DNA of 64,000 nucleotides. Source: Octopus bimaculoides. Lineage: Eukaryota. The position numbers and the translations under genes are program-made. Position 1 is the first letter of the stretch. Each line of letters opens with the position of its first letter. The notes beneath the pieces are model-generated. The model did no database searches and was not told where the DNA came from. It was given only the letters and a program-made list of their open reading frames with translations. This document shows positions 13,151 through 26,518 of the stretch, piece after piece. Where the stretch lies: contig NC_068991.1 of the NCBI RefSeq assembly GCF_001194135.2, positions 71,034,531 to 71,098,530 on the forward strand, in the 5' to 3' direction.

Positions 13151-14025
13151 AAGGCTACTTACTGTTAACCGGTGCTAAATAGTTATAAATTTTTAATAAT
13201 GATTTTTAAAAATTTGTATTTAAAAGAAAATATTTTAATATGTTTTAATCCATAATCCTTTCTCTATTTGCCGCAAGGGCGACGGACGTGCGGACATTAC
13301 ATAATAAAAGCAATGAAAACACAATACACACTGAGAGATGTGCTACGTATTCATGCATTAAAATATATAGCATTCATTGTATGTATGTATGTATATATGT
13401 GTGTATATATATATAATGCGTATGTATACCGCGCACTCTATGCACATGGCTTTTGTGGATATATGCGTGAAAATAATGCTAAAAGTACATAAATGCAAAA
13501 ACAACTGGTTGTTAAATGTCCAATTTTATGGTTTTAAAAAGTGAAAGAAAAAGAAAATTGAAAGAAACAAGTGAAAAAAACTAAATAAATTTTCTTAAAA
13601 AAAAAAAAAAGAAAAAAGTCTTCTAAACAAGTTAAAAAGCTCGGTTTCTGTTCTTTCCTGCCTACCTTACAATCAACTCTTTTATTGTCTACAAGCTATT
13701 GCCAATTCTGCTAGCCCTCAATTTCAAACGTGCCCCACCGCCGTCACCACCATCTTTCTCAAACTGAACATTTTACAAGCCTGCTACTGTCGTAGTAGAA
13801 ACAGGCTGAAGAATTTTAGATTTTTCGAAAACTGGTTTGAATATTGATTATTTTTTGGCCTTAACGCGTGCGGTCTACATACATATACGTATGTATATGG
13901 AGAGATGTGACAACATCCTTAAAAGATGTTTGGTCGTAACGCTCGTGTTGAATGAGCAAGTGCGTTGTACGTATGCACGCATGTATGTATGTATATCTAA
14001 TTTACACGAATACGTGTGCGTGTGT

Positions 14026-14071
<46 letters not shown>

Positions 14072-16810
14072 TTATCTATATAAAATGATTGCTTTCTTGA
14101 CCATATTTTAAATATAATAAAATGTCAGCTGCACTGATCTATCTATTCTTTTTTCCTTCTGTTCTTCTTCTACCTCGCTGTTAACACACACACACACACA
14201 CACACACGTACATAAACACGCACACGCGCGCTCTCCCACTCACACGACGATGTGTGTTTGTGTATGTTATTCCATTTTCGAAAATGGGAAGAAAGTACAA
14301 GTTGCTGAATATAGATAATTTCTTTTTTCCGTACTTGTTTATTACCAAATTTCATTTCTCTTCCTCTCTCTCTCTCTTTCTCTTCTGACCATTTTAGAAA
14401 AGGTGCCAACGTCACACATTCCTTATTTTCCCTCTCTCTCTCTCCCTCCCTTTCTACAAGGAACCTCACGGGGGAGGCTTGCTTCTTTCTATGTGGTCGT
14501 TCGACCTGCTAGAAACAACAGTCAAATGACCTCCCTCAAATCACCACACACCAAGCTTGTCTTCAGAAACACACTGGATAAATGTAATTTGTGTGTGTTT
14601 CTGTGTGAAAAAGACGAGATGGTCACGTCTGGAATGCCTTGTCGTTCGCTTCCAACCTGGAGTTAAATTACAAAATCTTTCTCACATATAGATAGATGTA
14701 TATCTGTCCGTCTTTCAATGACCTCTCCCCTCTCTCTCTGTCACTCTCTCGGCCCCCTCCTCTCACTGGCTCTTCTCTCTCTATCTCTTTCTCCCTCTGT
14801 ACCTTGTCTCTCTCTCTCTCTCTCTCTCTCTTCTTCTTCTGCCCTCACCTCACCGCCATGTTTAAATACTCATGTATTTCCTGTTTATCTTCGTCCCTTC
14901 TCTTCTCACATTTTAGACTTGTGTGGGTCGTTTCCTCCCCCCCTCTTTCTCCTCTTCTGAATGCTTGGTCTCTCTCTCTCTCTTCCTTCTTTCTCCTCTT
15001 CTACTCTCCATTTCTTTCACACACAACTGTCCACTCTATACACACGTGTGTATGTATGCTTCATACACACACACACACACATTATCGCTAGTTTGTTACC
15101 TTTTTTGTTATTATATTCCGTATGTTTGTTTTGCTTGGCTGCTTATTTTATCATTCTCCCACCTTCTTCCTCCTCCTCCTTTCCTCCATTCATACACACA
15201 TCTCTTCATTTTTTTCTTCTTCCTTTTTTCGCCCTTTCCGCGTTGTCTTTCTCTCTCTCTCTTTTTTTTCCCGCCACCACTCCCTCTCATAACACTGTCT
15301 CTTTCTTTCTCTCTGCCTGACCGCGATGATTTGTCTGCCTAACGTTTTATTTTAACGTTTGACACTGTTTTCCTGTGTATATAGATATGTGTGTGTGTGT
15401 GTCTGTCCACTGTTGTGATACAATGGCCTCTGTCAGGTCAGGCTAAAAGCAAGAACAAGCTTTAAATTTTGGACAAGGTTTGTTGGTCGTGGTGGTCGTC
15501 ATCATGGTAATTATCAGCAGCAGTGGTGGTGGTCGCGGTAGTAATATTGATAACTGCTACTTTGGCGGCGACGGTGGTGGTGGTGTTTAAAGTCCTTGGT
15601 CAACCTTAATAGAGCTAACATGTGACCAAGAAGCGTTCCAGTCACGACCATCCTGTCATTCTAAAGTGCATCCTTCCTTTTTTTCCCCTCATGACTGTGA
15701 TTTTTCAAGTAGCTTATTCATTTCTGACCATCAAATATTGTTTACTTCCCGAATCAACCTTGATAGAGTGGACGTGTAATGAATGCAAGCAATCCAAATG
15801 AGTTCTAACCGTAACCATCCCATCGTTCTATATATTTAGGTCTGCGTTATGCAATGTGACCTTATTTGAAGGAGAGACTTGGCTGTTATTTCTGCCGGGT
15901 CGACTTATCTCATAAAAGGCTCCCTCTTTTGACTCGAAAGTTGGGTGATATAAGAAGAAAGGGCGTTGGAGCAGTCGTATCTGTTGTAGACATGATGATG
16001 ATGAATCGCTGTGGCTGTATCGAATAGACCTGTGGTCACAGACGTGTCGTACATTGTATATATATAGGCCTACATTATCTGATGTATCTAATGTCTTTCA
16101 AACATGAGATGAAACCTTAGCATTTGACGAAAGTCTGGCTGCTATTTCTAGCATGACAACACTGTCATAGTTGTGCAGTGGTTCGAGTGCCTTTCCATGT
16201 ATGACATAGCGTTGAAACTTCCAATTAGATCGTATATTCGGTTCGGCAAGTGCTTACCACCGTCACACCCAACACAATAATCATGATGTTTCGATTAGAT
16301 ACGGCGCTAGTTTTTTTGGGGGGGTTTTCTTAGGATCGGTTACAGTATATTACTGGTATTATTTTGTCATACACTAATGTCTATGGTGATGTCGGCGATG
16401 GCAATAACGATTCTCGTTTGTATAACTGACGATGATTACGTGGCATTCATGCCTTTTGCTGTGCTGAGCATCAGAATAAGGAACAGTAAAAGTGGAACAA
16501 AATCGAGCTTATGATTTTGGAATAATATAATGGAATTAATACCAAAATAGAGATGTTTATGCAATGGTAGGAGACACAGAAAAATATGATCAGCTGTGAT
16601 CGTATTCCACTAATTCTCTCTTACTTTTTCTGTCTTTTTCTCATTAGTTTCTTTCATTCGTCTGTTTAGCACTTCTGTCTCTCATTCACTCCGTCACACA
16701 CACACACACGTTCGGTGATTTCTCTTATGTACCATTCTCCAATACAATTCTCTCTCTCTCTCTCTCTATCTCTGGTGTATATGTGTGTGNNNNNNNNNNT
16801 ATATATATAT

Positions 16811-16846
<36 letters not shown>

Positions 16847-19800
16847 GAGACCAGATTTCCAAAGACTCTGTTTTAAAGAACTCAGCAAGGAAACTTTGCT
16901 TTCGCCTATTCAATAGCTCTTTCTCTCTCTTCCTTTCTTTCTCTCTCTCTCTTTCTCTCTTTCAAAATCGCTTCCTCTCATAAACAGGAAGACTACAAGA
17001 AGTGTCGTCCCAGCTGTGAATTACTTCACTCACTCTGTGTGTGTGTTTGTGTATGTATTATTATTGTGTGATGCTGTGATAGGACCGAGTCGTAGATGGA
17101 TAGATGATGCGTCTGGTGGAAATAGAAAATAATAATTATAATAATAATAATGTGTGAGAGGACGATGAAACTAGAAGATAAATAGATCGTCAATTAAGGA
17201 GGAACAACAGTGCTAGAAACGTAGATAGTATGTATTAAGAGATAGAGGTGTTGGTGGCCAAGTATTATAGCAGTTGCGGAAAATCTGCCGTGCCAGACCG
17301 ACCGACCACTGTCAGTTGCATCCAAGCTTTTGCGCGCGCGCGCGTGTGTGTACCCTCTTCTATTTCACTCAATCTGTTTACAATTTGAACCATCTCTCTC
17401 TCTCTATATATGTATATTTCTTAAAATGTTTAGAATCTTACTTTATATCAGTTAGTCCTTGTTCTAACGTACAAAACACGCGGGAAATATGCGTGTGTAT
17501 GTACATGCATGGCAGTGCCCCAGCATGGTCGCAGTCTAATTACTGAAACAAGTAAAAGCTTGTAGCTGTGGTTTCTTATAAAATATTTCTGTATCTGAGT
17601 ATTTTTGTCTCTTTGGTTGTCAACATAAAAACATTTGTATATATATATATGTGTGTGTTTCTACGAATGCTCAGTGTGTGTGTGACTAATTTTAAAGCCC
17701 TCTCCATGATCAGGTACCTTGTGGTTACTTTGTTGTTAATCATAGATGTGGTGTCTCTGAAATTTACTTCCAAGCACGAACACTCCGATTTATGATGAGG
17801 TCAATTGAAAACGTGATAGTGCCTGTCCATCTTCAGGGCAATTAACAACAAAAAGTGGTTCGAAACTGAAGATTTTTAATAATAATAATAATAATAAAAG
17901 TGGGCTCAGATTTCTCGGAGTAACAGAAATGGTAATGTTGGGTCATAGTTGTTAAATTTGAGCTGAAATAATGTTTCGTGTTATAGTGTTTTTTAAGTCC
18001 AGTGTGTAGAGAAAATGGGAGCTTGTGGTGTTCATCTTTTATCTGTGTGTCTTCGTGTAAAAGTGGTTGTAACAATGAATCGTAATTGAAATTAATTTAC
18101 ACGCTCCTCTATGCACATTCGCGAGAGCATATACGTGTTTGTGTGTGTCTATGCATGGGCAAATATGTATATGAATGGATAAATTTATGTGTATGTGGTA
18201 TTTATGTATGTGTGTGTACATACACGCACTTTGAAATACGGTTTATGAATTTGTACGTCAATAAACAAGACATGTAAATATCTCTCATATATGTGTGTAT
18301 GTATGTATGTATGTATGTATATATATATATATACATACATGTGCGTATGTTTTGTTGTCTCCGTGTCCATGCGTCTATATTAATGACTCATAACCAACGA
18401 CAAAACACCTGACCCAACTCTAAGGCCCCCAGACAGACATATAATGGTTATATAGAGGATTTAGCTAGGCAGGTCACGCCTTCGGGGGTTACACAAGCTT
18501 GTATAATTTCAGATAAGCAAAGGTCATATTCCTGTTAGCCTGGCACGTCACTTTTTGGGCCGAGAAAAATAGCACACACACATACACACACATATAAGCA
18601 TAATGTGTGTGTGTGTGTGTATTTAAACGAGAGTGTGGAGAGACTGGGTTAGTGTGAGAGATTGGTGTGGAAGTAAAGGGGCCAGCTTCGGTTTTGTTTT
18701 GTCCTATATGTATGTAGATTAATTTAAGGCGTGTTTCTGTTATGCAAGCATGGATTGACTGCTAGGCTGGATATTTTTCTCTCCCCATATGTCAACCTAC
18801 CTTCTCGTGTGCTCCACTCTGCCATCTCCCTGCAACACACCAACAGAGGCATACACACATACACACATATATGATATACGTTCTCACTGTCTTGTGACAT
18901 AAGGGTGTGTGTGTGTTAATGACATGAAGAACAGAAGTTGTATGTGAAAATTCTAATGTTGCAATTCAAAATTGTAAATGAAAACCATAACCGCTTAAAG
19001 ATTTGTCCCATTCTTAAATTAAACAAAAAAAAGACGTTTCCTTATCTTTTTTGTTTTACCAAAATCTTCCACGTGTCCAATTCTTAACTTTTAAAAAGAA
19101 ATATCACTTTCTTTTTTTTACCAAAATCTTATTCTTGTCCCATTCTAAAATAGGAAAAAAAACGCCTTGTGTATATGTGGGTGTTGAAACTGGATAGAGT
19201 AATTTCAACAGATTATTTCAGTCTTATTTTTAAAAACTGACCTATATTGGAATTATTAAATTTAAAAAAAAAATGAAATGAAAGGACTCTCCTTAAGCTG
19301 GTAAATTCTTCCTCCTCCATAAACGAATTCATTACTTTTGTATAATGGCACTGGTTAGTGATTGTACTAGCCGTGGTCCATTTAGGTTAATAGTTCTGCT
19401 CAGGTCAGCTTTCATGCCATAAACTAAAGATCAAAGACAAACCAGCTGTGACCAGCAGTCTATATCTTTTTTTTTATTATTATTTCAGACATATTGTAAG
19501 TCTATATTATTCAACATATATTTCCCCCCAGCCCCAGCCAGTCAGCTGACTCTAGTTGAGGTCTTCTTTGGCAATCCCATAATTTAGTTTGTTTGCCTTG
19601 TGTGTGCACTGAGGTATGGAGTTGGACTGCACCCATACATATATAACGTGCACTCACGCTGACTCAAAATTTATGGTCATATCCAACACACAATGAAAGC
19701 ACTATGATTGTCCTTTCAGAGAGCAGAGCAGTTTTGTTTGGGACCATTACAAACTCTGAAGAAGNNNNNNNNNNNNNNNNNNNNNNNNNNNNNNNNNNNN

Positions 19801-20404
19801 NNNNNNNNNNNNNNNNNNNNNNNNNNNNNNNNNNNNNNNNNNNNNNNNNNNNNNNNNNNNNNNNNNNNNNNNNNNNNNNNNNNNNNNNNNNNNNNNNNNN
19901 NNNNNNNNNNNNNNNNNNNNNNNNNNNNNNNNNNNNNNNNNNNNNNNNNNNNNNNNNNNNNNNNNNNNNNNNNNNNNNNNNNNNNNNNNNNNNNNNNNNN
20001 NNNNNNNNNNNNNNNNNNNNNNNNNNNNNNNNNNNNNNNNNNNNNNNNNNNNNNNNNNNNNNNNNNNNNNNNNNNNNNNNNNNNNNNNNNNNNNNNNNNN
20101 NNNNNNNNNNNNNNNNNNNNNNNNNNNNNNNNNNNNNNNNNNNNNNNNNNNNNNNNNNNNNNNNNNNNNNNNNNNNNNNNNNNNNNNNNNNNNNNNNNNN
20201 NNNNNNNNNNNNNNNNNNNNNNNNNNNNNNNNNNNNNNNNNNNNNNNNNNNNNNNNNNNNNNNNNNNNNNNNNNNNNNNNNNNNNNNNNNNNNNNNNNNN
20301 NNNNNNNNNNNNNNNNNNNNNNNNNNNNNNNNNNNNNNNNNNNNNNNNNNNNNNNNNNNNNNNNNNNNNNNNNNNNNNNNNNNNATATATATATATATAT
20401 ATAT

Positions 20405-20830
20405 ATAATGTTTCTATAGGCTCAAGGCCTGAAATTTTTTAAGGGAGAGGAGCCAGTCGATTACATTGGCCTCACTGCTTGACTTGTACTTATTTTATCG
20501 ACCCCCAAAAGAATGAAAGGCAAAGACGACCTCGGTGGAATTTGAACTCAGAATGTAGCTGCAGATGAAATTTAATAATAATGATAATAGATCCTTTCTC
20601 CTAATATGCACAATGCCTGAAGTTTTTTTAAGGATGGGGACTAATCAGTTACATCAACCCCCAGTACTCAGCTGGTATTTATTTTATCGACCTCAAAAGG
20701 ATGAAAGGCTAAAAAAAGAAAAAAAAAACACAACCTCCGCAGAATTTGAACCCAGATTGTAAAGAAGGATGAAATTCCACAAAGTGCTTTGTCCAGCTTG
20801 CTAACAACAACTCTGCCAACTCAGCGCCTT
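20405..20830 (-). mobile_element. Two tandem SINE family B copies
   Basis: AAGGCAAAGACGACCTCGGTGGAATTTGAACTCAGAA and CCTCCGCAGAATTTGAACCCAGA are reverse complements of the family B core. Confidence 0.85.
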
Positions 20831-21089
20831 CATAAGATTATAAATATGATGAACATTAAAAGAAAATATTTCATTTAAGATTTCTTCTCCTTTGATCATA
20901 ATCTTAGCTGATTTGGTTTTATAAGTATGAATCGATTTGAATATCTCCTTATTATGAATTTTGCACTTTTAGTGAAATGCTTAAAGTACAAATCTCAATG
21001 ATAGATTTCTTGAAATGAGAGAAATCAGAATTCTTTGTTGTTTTAAACGTTTATTTCGTGATTTGTTGTTATTTTATTTCCTATCTCCG

Positions 21090-21283
21090 CCACGTGCTGG
21101 TGGCTCATAAAACGCACTCACAACACTCTTGGAGTGGTTGGCATTAGGGAGGGAACCCAGCTGTAGAAACCTTGCCAAATCAGGCTGGAACCTGGTGTAG
21201 TTCCCCACCCGGCTTACCAGTTTTCAGTCAAGCTGTCCAACCTATACCAGCATGAGAAGTGGACATTAAACGATGATGATGAT
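21090..21283 (+). mobile_element. SINE family C
   Basis: GAGTGGTTGGCATTAGGGAGGGAACCCAGCTGTAGAAAC...TTAAACGATGATGATGAT. Confidence 0.85.
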
Positions 21284-21413
21284 ATCTGTGCGTGGGTGTA
21301 TAAGAAAGACAGTTTTAATTTTTCACTTGAAAAACCACATGGTACCTGGTTCAGTCACTAATCATGTTTTTTTCTTTCTTTTCTCTCTCTCTCTTTTCTT
21401 TTTGTTACCATTT

Positions 21414-21790
21414 GGAGTGGCTGTGTGGTAAGTAGCTTGCTTACGAACCACATGGTTCTGGGTTCAGTCCCACTGCGTGGCACCTTGGGCAAGTGTCTTC
21501 TACTGTAGTCTCGGGCCAACCAAAGCCTTGTGAATTGGATTTGGTAGACAGAAACTGAAAGAAGCCTGTTGCATATGTGTGTGTATGTATATATATATGT
21601 GTGTGTGTTTGTATTTGTCCCCCCAACATCGCTTGACAACCGATGCTGGTGTGTTTATGCCCCCATAACTTAGCGGTTCGGCAAAAGAGACTGATAGAAT
21701 AAGTACTAGGCTTAAAAAAAATATGTCCTGGGGTCGATTTGCTCGACTAAAGGCGTGCTCCAGCATGACCGCAGTCAAAGGACTGAAACA
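21414..21790 (+). mobile_element. SINE family A, young copy
   Basis: A-box-like TGGCTGTGTGG, B-box-like GGTTCAGTCCC, CACCTTGGGCAAGTGTC (CORE-like) block; highly similar to 22956-23354 and 24880-25278. Confidence 0.93.
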
Positions 21791-22955
21791 TGGCTTTCAC
21801 TTCACATTTATCTATCTGTAGAGAACTAGTTGCAGGGAAGAGTGATGTTCTTAAGCAAATTCTTGGTATTAGCAAGAATTAACAGAGTGGTATGTTTTTG
21901 GGCAATTTACATACATGGACTATGAATGGTATTCCGAAATCCCTTGTTTGGCTGTGGTATGGAAATGCATTGTGGATTTGGTACAAACACTACAGTTAAA
22001 GAAATACTGTCAGCCATGTTGCTCTGTGATGCAAACTGTCGTGAAACTCTTTTGTACATTTATTTAATGTCTGGATGTTGCTGACTTGAGGGGTTGTTGA
22101 ATAGCTGTTGTTACACGTAGGATGGATTCTGCTACCAGCTGAATCCACCAAGAAAATTACCCTGCTGAGCAAGAAGGTAATAGGGCAAAAAAAAAAAAAA
22201 AGTTTGTATGGTGAACATTAAAAAAGGGACACAACCAATTTGTCTTAAAATCCTTAAAATTTCACTTCGAGAGGAGGATAAGGGCGTTGTTCAGTGAATT
22301 AGTTGAGAGGTATATGAGATTGATAAGCATGGCTTATGTGAATGGGTCCCCTTTGAACATGCACCAGTAGGCTAAAAAATATTGCTGGGTGAGGGTTCTC
22401 TGTAGCCAAAGTTAACCTGGATTTGTGGGGCTTGTAAATTGCTCTTAACTGGAGGTCCCTCTTTCAGGATCTTATTGTTTCCTGTCGACCCCTCATTAAT
22501 TATTTTCATTTCATTCTATTTCATTTCTGTATAAATCCTGACTTTTTTTTGTAACTTGGTCATCTACCATCCTCGTTATCATTGCCTCTGTGACAATAAT
22601 TAAAAAAATATTATTAGAGCATCAGGTAAAATACTAAGTAGAGCTTCTTTCAACTCATTGCATTCTGAGTTCAAATCCTGCCTGGATCATTAATGTCTTT
22701 TATTCTTTTGAAATTGATAAATATCATGTACCAGTCAGGTACTGGTGGGGGTTGATGGTATCAACTAAACCCTTCCCCTCAAAATTACTGGCCTCGTGTA
22801 GTCCAAGGTGGACTTTGTTTTCTATTTTACTGTGATTACTGAAATTACTATCAATATAAATCTGGTCTTTCAGTTTGGATCTCTCTGTCTCACACCAAAC
22901 TAAGTACAACTTCTTGACTTTAGTAAAAATGCATGAAAGCGCCGACACCATTCCA

Positions 22956-23354
22956 TACTCTTTTACTCTTTTACTTGTTTCAGTCTTTTGACTGTGGCCA
23001 TGCTGGAGCACCGCCTTTAGTCGAGCAAATCGACCCCAGGACTTATTCTTTAGAAGCCTAGTACTTATTGTATCGGTCTCTTTTGCCGAACCGCTAAGTT
23101 ACGGGGACATAAACACACCAGCATTGGTTGTCAAGCGATGTTGGGGGGACAAACACAGACACACAAACATACACACGCACATACATATATACGACAAGCT
23201 TCTTTCAGTTTCCGTCTACCAAATCCACTCACAAGGCTTTGGTCGGCCCGAGGCTATAGTAGAAGACACTTGCCCAAGATGCCACGCAGTGGGACTGAAC
23301 CCGGGACCATGTGGTTGGTAAGCAAGCTACTTACCACACAGCCACTCCTACGCC
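22956..23354 (-). mobile_element. SINE family A, young full-length copy
   Basis: Reverse complement of 24880-25278, including the (GAGTAAAA)n tail. Confidence 0.93.
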
Positions 23355-24240
23355 ATCTTTCATTATTTTGGGGACTTTTTGTTTGGTTTTCATTAGTATT
23401 ATTTAATTTGTGAATTTGGTTTTGGTTTACAAAAAAAAAGAAGAAAAAATGAAGCAAAATCTAAGAACTGCTGTTCAGCTCCAGGCCAGACTTGATCGAG
23501 TAAGCTTGTGGCTGTCAAGGAGGAAATAGCTGCGACATCTATGGACTGGCCTCTAGAACTTTCTGCATCTCTCCTATTTTGGTAGCAGGGTGTGCTACGT
23601 TGGAGCAACCTTGGTAAACGATAGCAAAGTTAACAAACAAAAACAAAATGCCAAGCTGAGGAGTTAGACATGTAAAACTGAAGAGTGCAGGGAGTTGGTT
23701 GAGAATGAGAGAGAGAGAGAGAGAGAGATGGCAGCAGCGGTGGTGGCGAAGGCGACAGCGAGACAGTGGGTCGGGGAAGAATGGTGTGAGGGGTTGGTAG
23801 CTGTTGTGATGGCAGTGGCGGTGCCGCTGATGATGGCAAGTGTTTAGTGGAAAGTACTTTACACATGCAGGTGAACACATGTATACTGCCCAAAATATGA
23901 TTACCACCCCCCTACTAGCACCACCACCACCACCACCATAACCACAATCATCATTGTCACTGTATGTCATATCTAGGATATTTTCTCAGGTTTCTTTTTT
24001 CATGTATGTTTTTTAAATATTGTCACCTGTTCATACTTAATTCTTTGATGCACACATGCTCATATGCACTCATAGTTGGGTGCATCCATATAACTACATA
24101 CTTACGTATAACTCACATTTCATACACACACCTGCACTGCACACATACACACACTCATACATATAGTATAAATATATATATAATACACACATACACATAT
24201 ATCCACTCTATATGTACACACATGTATATACTCATACACA

Positions 24241-24293
<53 letters not shown>

Positions 24294-24334
24294 ATACATA
24301 CATACATCACACACCCTCGTGCATTTTCTTTTTT

Positions 24335-24640
24335 TTTCTTTTTCTTTTACTTGTTTCAGTCATCAGAATGTGGCCATGCTAGGGCACCACCTTGAAGAAT
24401 TTTTATTCAAATGAACGGTCCCCAGTCTTTTTTTTTATTTTTTTTATTTGAACCTGTTACTTATTCTTTTGGTTTCTATTGCCAAACTACTAAGTTACAG
24501 GGATCAACACCAACACATCAACGTACACACAGCGAGCCTCTTAGCTTGCATCTACCAAATCCACCCACACAGCATTGGTTGGCCTGAGGTTATAGGAGAC
24601 ACTTGCCCAATGTGCCACACAATGGAACTGGACCTGGAAT
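24335..24640 (-). mobile_element. SINE family A, older copy
   Basis: TTTTACTTGTTTCAGTCATCAGAATGTGGCCATGCTAGGGCACC tail and degenerate head. Confidence 0.8.
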
Positions 24641-24879
24641 CACACACACATACACGTTATGCATATTAACATTATTCTTTTACACATGTTACTGAAAATA
24701 AATCTTTTTAAACTTGCTCTGTCAGTATATATGTATACAATTATGTGCTCTGACTGAGCATTTTAGCTCTTATTTCTAGCAATGTAGGCGTTCTAACACC
24801 CTTAGTAATTTTTAATGACAATTATAGTTTTCCTTTTTGATAAAATATTGCATGCTGTTGTCTGTATACATTTTTGGTA

Positions 24880-25278
24880 GGCGCAGGTGTGGCTGTGTGG
24901 TAAGTAGCTTGTTTACTAACCACATGGTTCTGGGTTCAGTCCCACTGTGTGGCACCTTGGGCAAGTGTCTTCTGCTATAGCCTCAGGCCGACCAAATCCT
25001 TGTGAATGGATTTGATAAACAGAAACTGAAAGAAGCCCGTCATATATATATATATGTGTGTGTGTGTCTGTGTTTGTCCCCCCCAACATCGCTTGACAAC
25101 CGATGCTGGTGTGTTTACATCCCTGTAACTTAGCAGTTTAGCAAAAGAGACCGATAGAATAAGTACTAGGCTTACAAAGAATAAGTCCTGGGGTCGATTT
25201 GCTCGACAAAAGGCGGTGCTCCAGCATGGCCACAGTCAAATGACTGAAACAAGTAAAAGAGTAAAAGAGTAAAGAGTA
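24880..25278 (+). mobile_element. SINE family A, young full-length copy
   Basis: GGCGCAGGTGTGGCTGTGTGGTAAG...GACTGAAACAAGTAAAAGAGTAAAAGAGTAAAGAGTA. Confidence 0.93.
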
Positions 25279-25505
25279 TATATATGTATATAAGCATTCT
25301 TATACATATCTGTGTATGTATAATTACCCATTTATTTAAGGGGCATAGCTTATCCCCTTTTCAATGTAGTCCCCATGTTTGTGAGTATTGTTAATAATAT
25401 TAAGCTTATGGCATTGTTACCAACGGGCTTCCAGTTTCTGTTGTACATAACAGTACAGTGATAGATCATAGCAATGTTGTAGATAATGACAAAAGCACCC
25501 AGCTC

Positions 25506-25602
<97 letters not shown>

Positions 25603-25649
25603 GTTAATCCCCATCATTGATTTGCTTAACAGATTTACAAACAACACTG

Positions 25650-26040
25650 GTCCCTTTCAATGACGTTCTCCCTATCTGTGGACAATTCTAGTTACAAGCA
25701 GCTACTTTTCTAATATCATATTCTGCTACTGACCACAAAGAAGCTCTCCTCTGTTGTTTCTGCGTTGATCAATTACCACTTTATTGGAAAGCAGGATGGA
25801 TTCGGACTATTTTTGTTTGATTTTGTTCTGCTCCAGGTCATCTCTTATCAAGGACACCCATGACTGGAAACATTTCAGCCATGACCGACTAATCTGTCTT
25901 TCAATCTGTCCTTGCTTTTTTCCGATGTTTCTGGTCATTATTTCTAGCAGATTAATCAAACATGAAGATTCCTCTCTTTTGTTTGACATGGTTGTTGCTT
26001 CTCATACATTGTTGATGCTTTCCGTTTTTATTTACAGTTT
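25650..26040 (-). mobile_element. Decayed RTE-clade LINE ORF2 C-terminal fragment
   Basis: Minus-strand translation IMTRNIGKKQGQ...SWVSLIRDDLEQNKI resembles the RTE ORF2 ending (I.EG.I.GKR.RGR...RW.D.I..DL); motif recognition only. Confidence 0.5.
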
Positions 26041-26443
26041 TCTAAAACTCATTTCCTAAACTAATGTACATTCTTTGTTTCATTTACCCAGCAGCTTACG
26101 CCATTTATACATCCCACAAACAGATGCAATGTGGTCAGTGACTTGGTTGATTTCTTCTCTAACAGTTCTTGTTTTAGCAATATATTTATATATTTCTCAT
26201 CGCTGGCCGCCAACCCTTTTTTCTGCAAAATAGGGGTAGCTTATCCTGTTCAGGTTACATTATTTGCATTATCCTGCGTTTGAGAATTTAAAATCACTTT
26301 AACTTTCTAAGATATTTCAACGCTTCTAAAAAGCAAACTTCGTTTGTTTATTTACATTTGTCGTAATTTGAATTTAACGTATGATAGCGTCTCATAAAGC
26401 GAGATTTCTATACATCTTAAATTTGCAGAGGAATTTGTAGTGG

Positions 26444-26518
26444 GGTAGTTTAGCTTAATCGGTCAAAGCATCGTGACGCGTAATCACGGAGATGTGAGTT
26501 CGAGTCCACAGCTAACCA
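26444..26518 (+). pseudogene. tRNA-Thr(CGT)-like gene or pseudogene
   Basis: D-stem GCTT/AAGC, anticodon stem CGTGA/TCACG with loop CGCGTAA, T-loop TTCGAGT, imperfect acceptor stem, T6 Pol III terminator at 26526-26531. Defects: G instead of U33, one base missing in the T-stem, an acceptor mismatch. Confidence 0.7.

Noticed and set aside
13805-13840. CTGAAGA...GAAA spacing reminiscent of a hammerhead
   Set aside because: The intervening T-rich sequence cannot form helix II.
14272-14287. 16-bp perfect palindrome CCATTTTCGAAAATGG
   Set aside because: Isolated and mostly A/T; plausible by chance in 64 kb.
17707-17795. MIRYLVVTLLLIIDVVSL... signal-peptide-like start
   Set aside because: Stops after 29 codons with no good donor in frame; hydrophobic runs arise easily in T-rich DNA.
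17790-17880. Possible C/D snoRNA (ATGATGA...CTGA)
   Set aside because: No convincing terminal stem, internal C'/D' boxes or recognisable guide.
24345-24372. CTGATGACTGAAAC in the family A tail (similar at about 54390)
   Set aside because: No room for helix II; a chance variant of the SINE tail.
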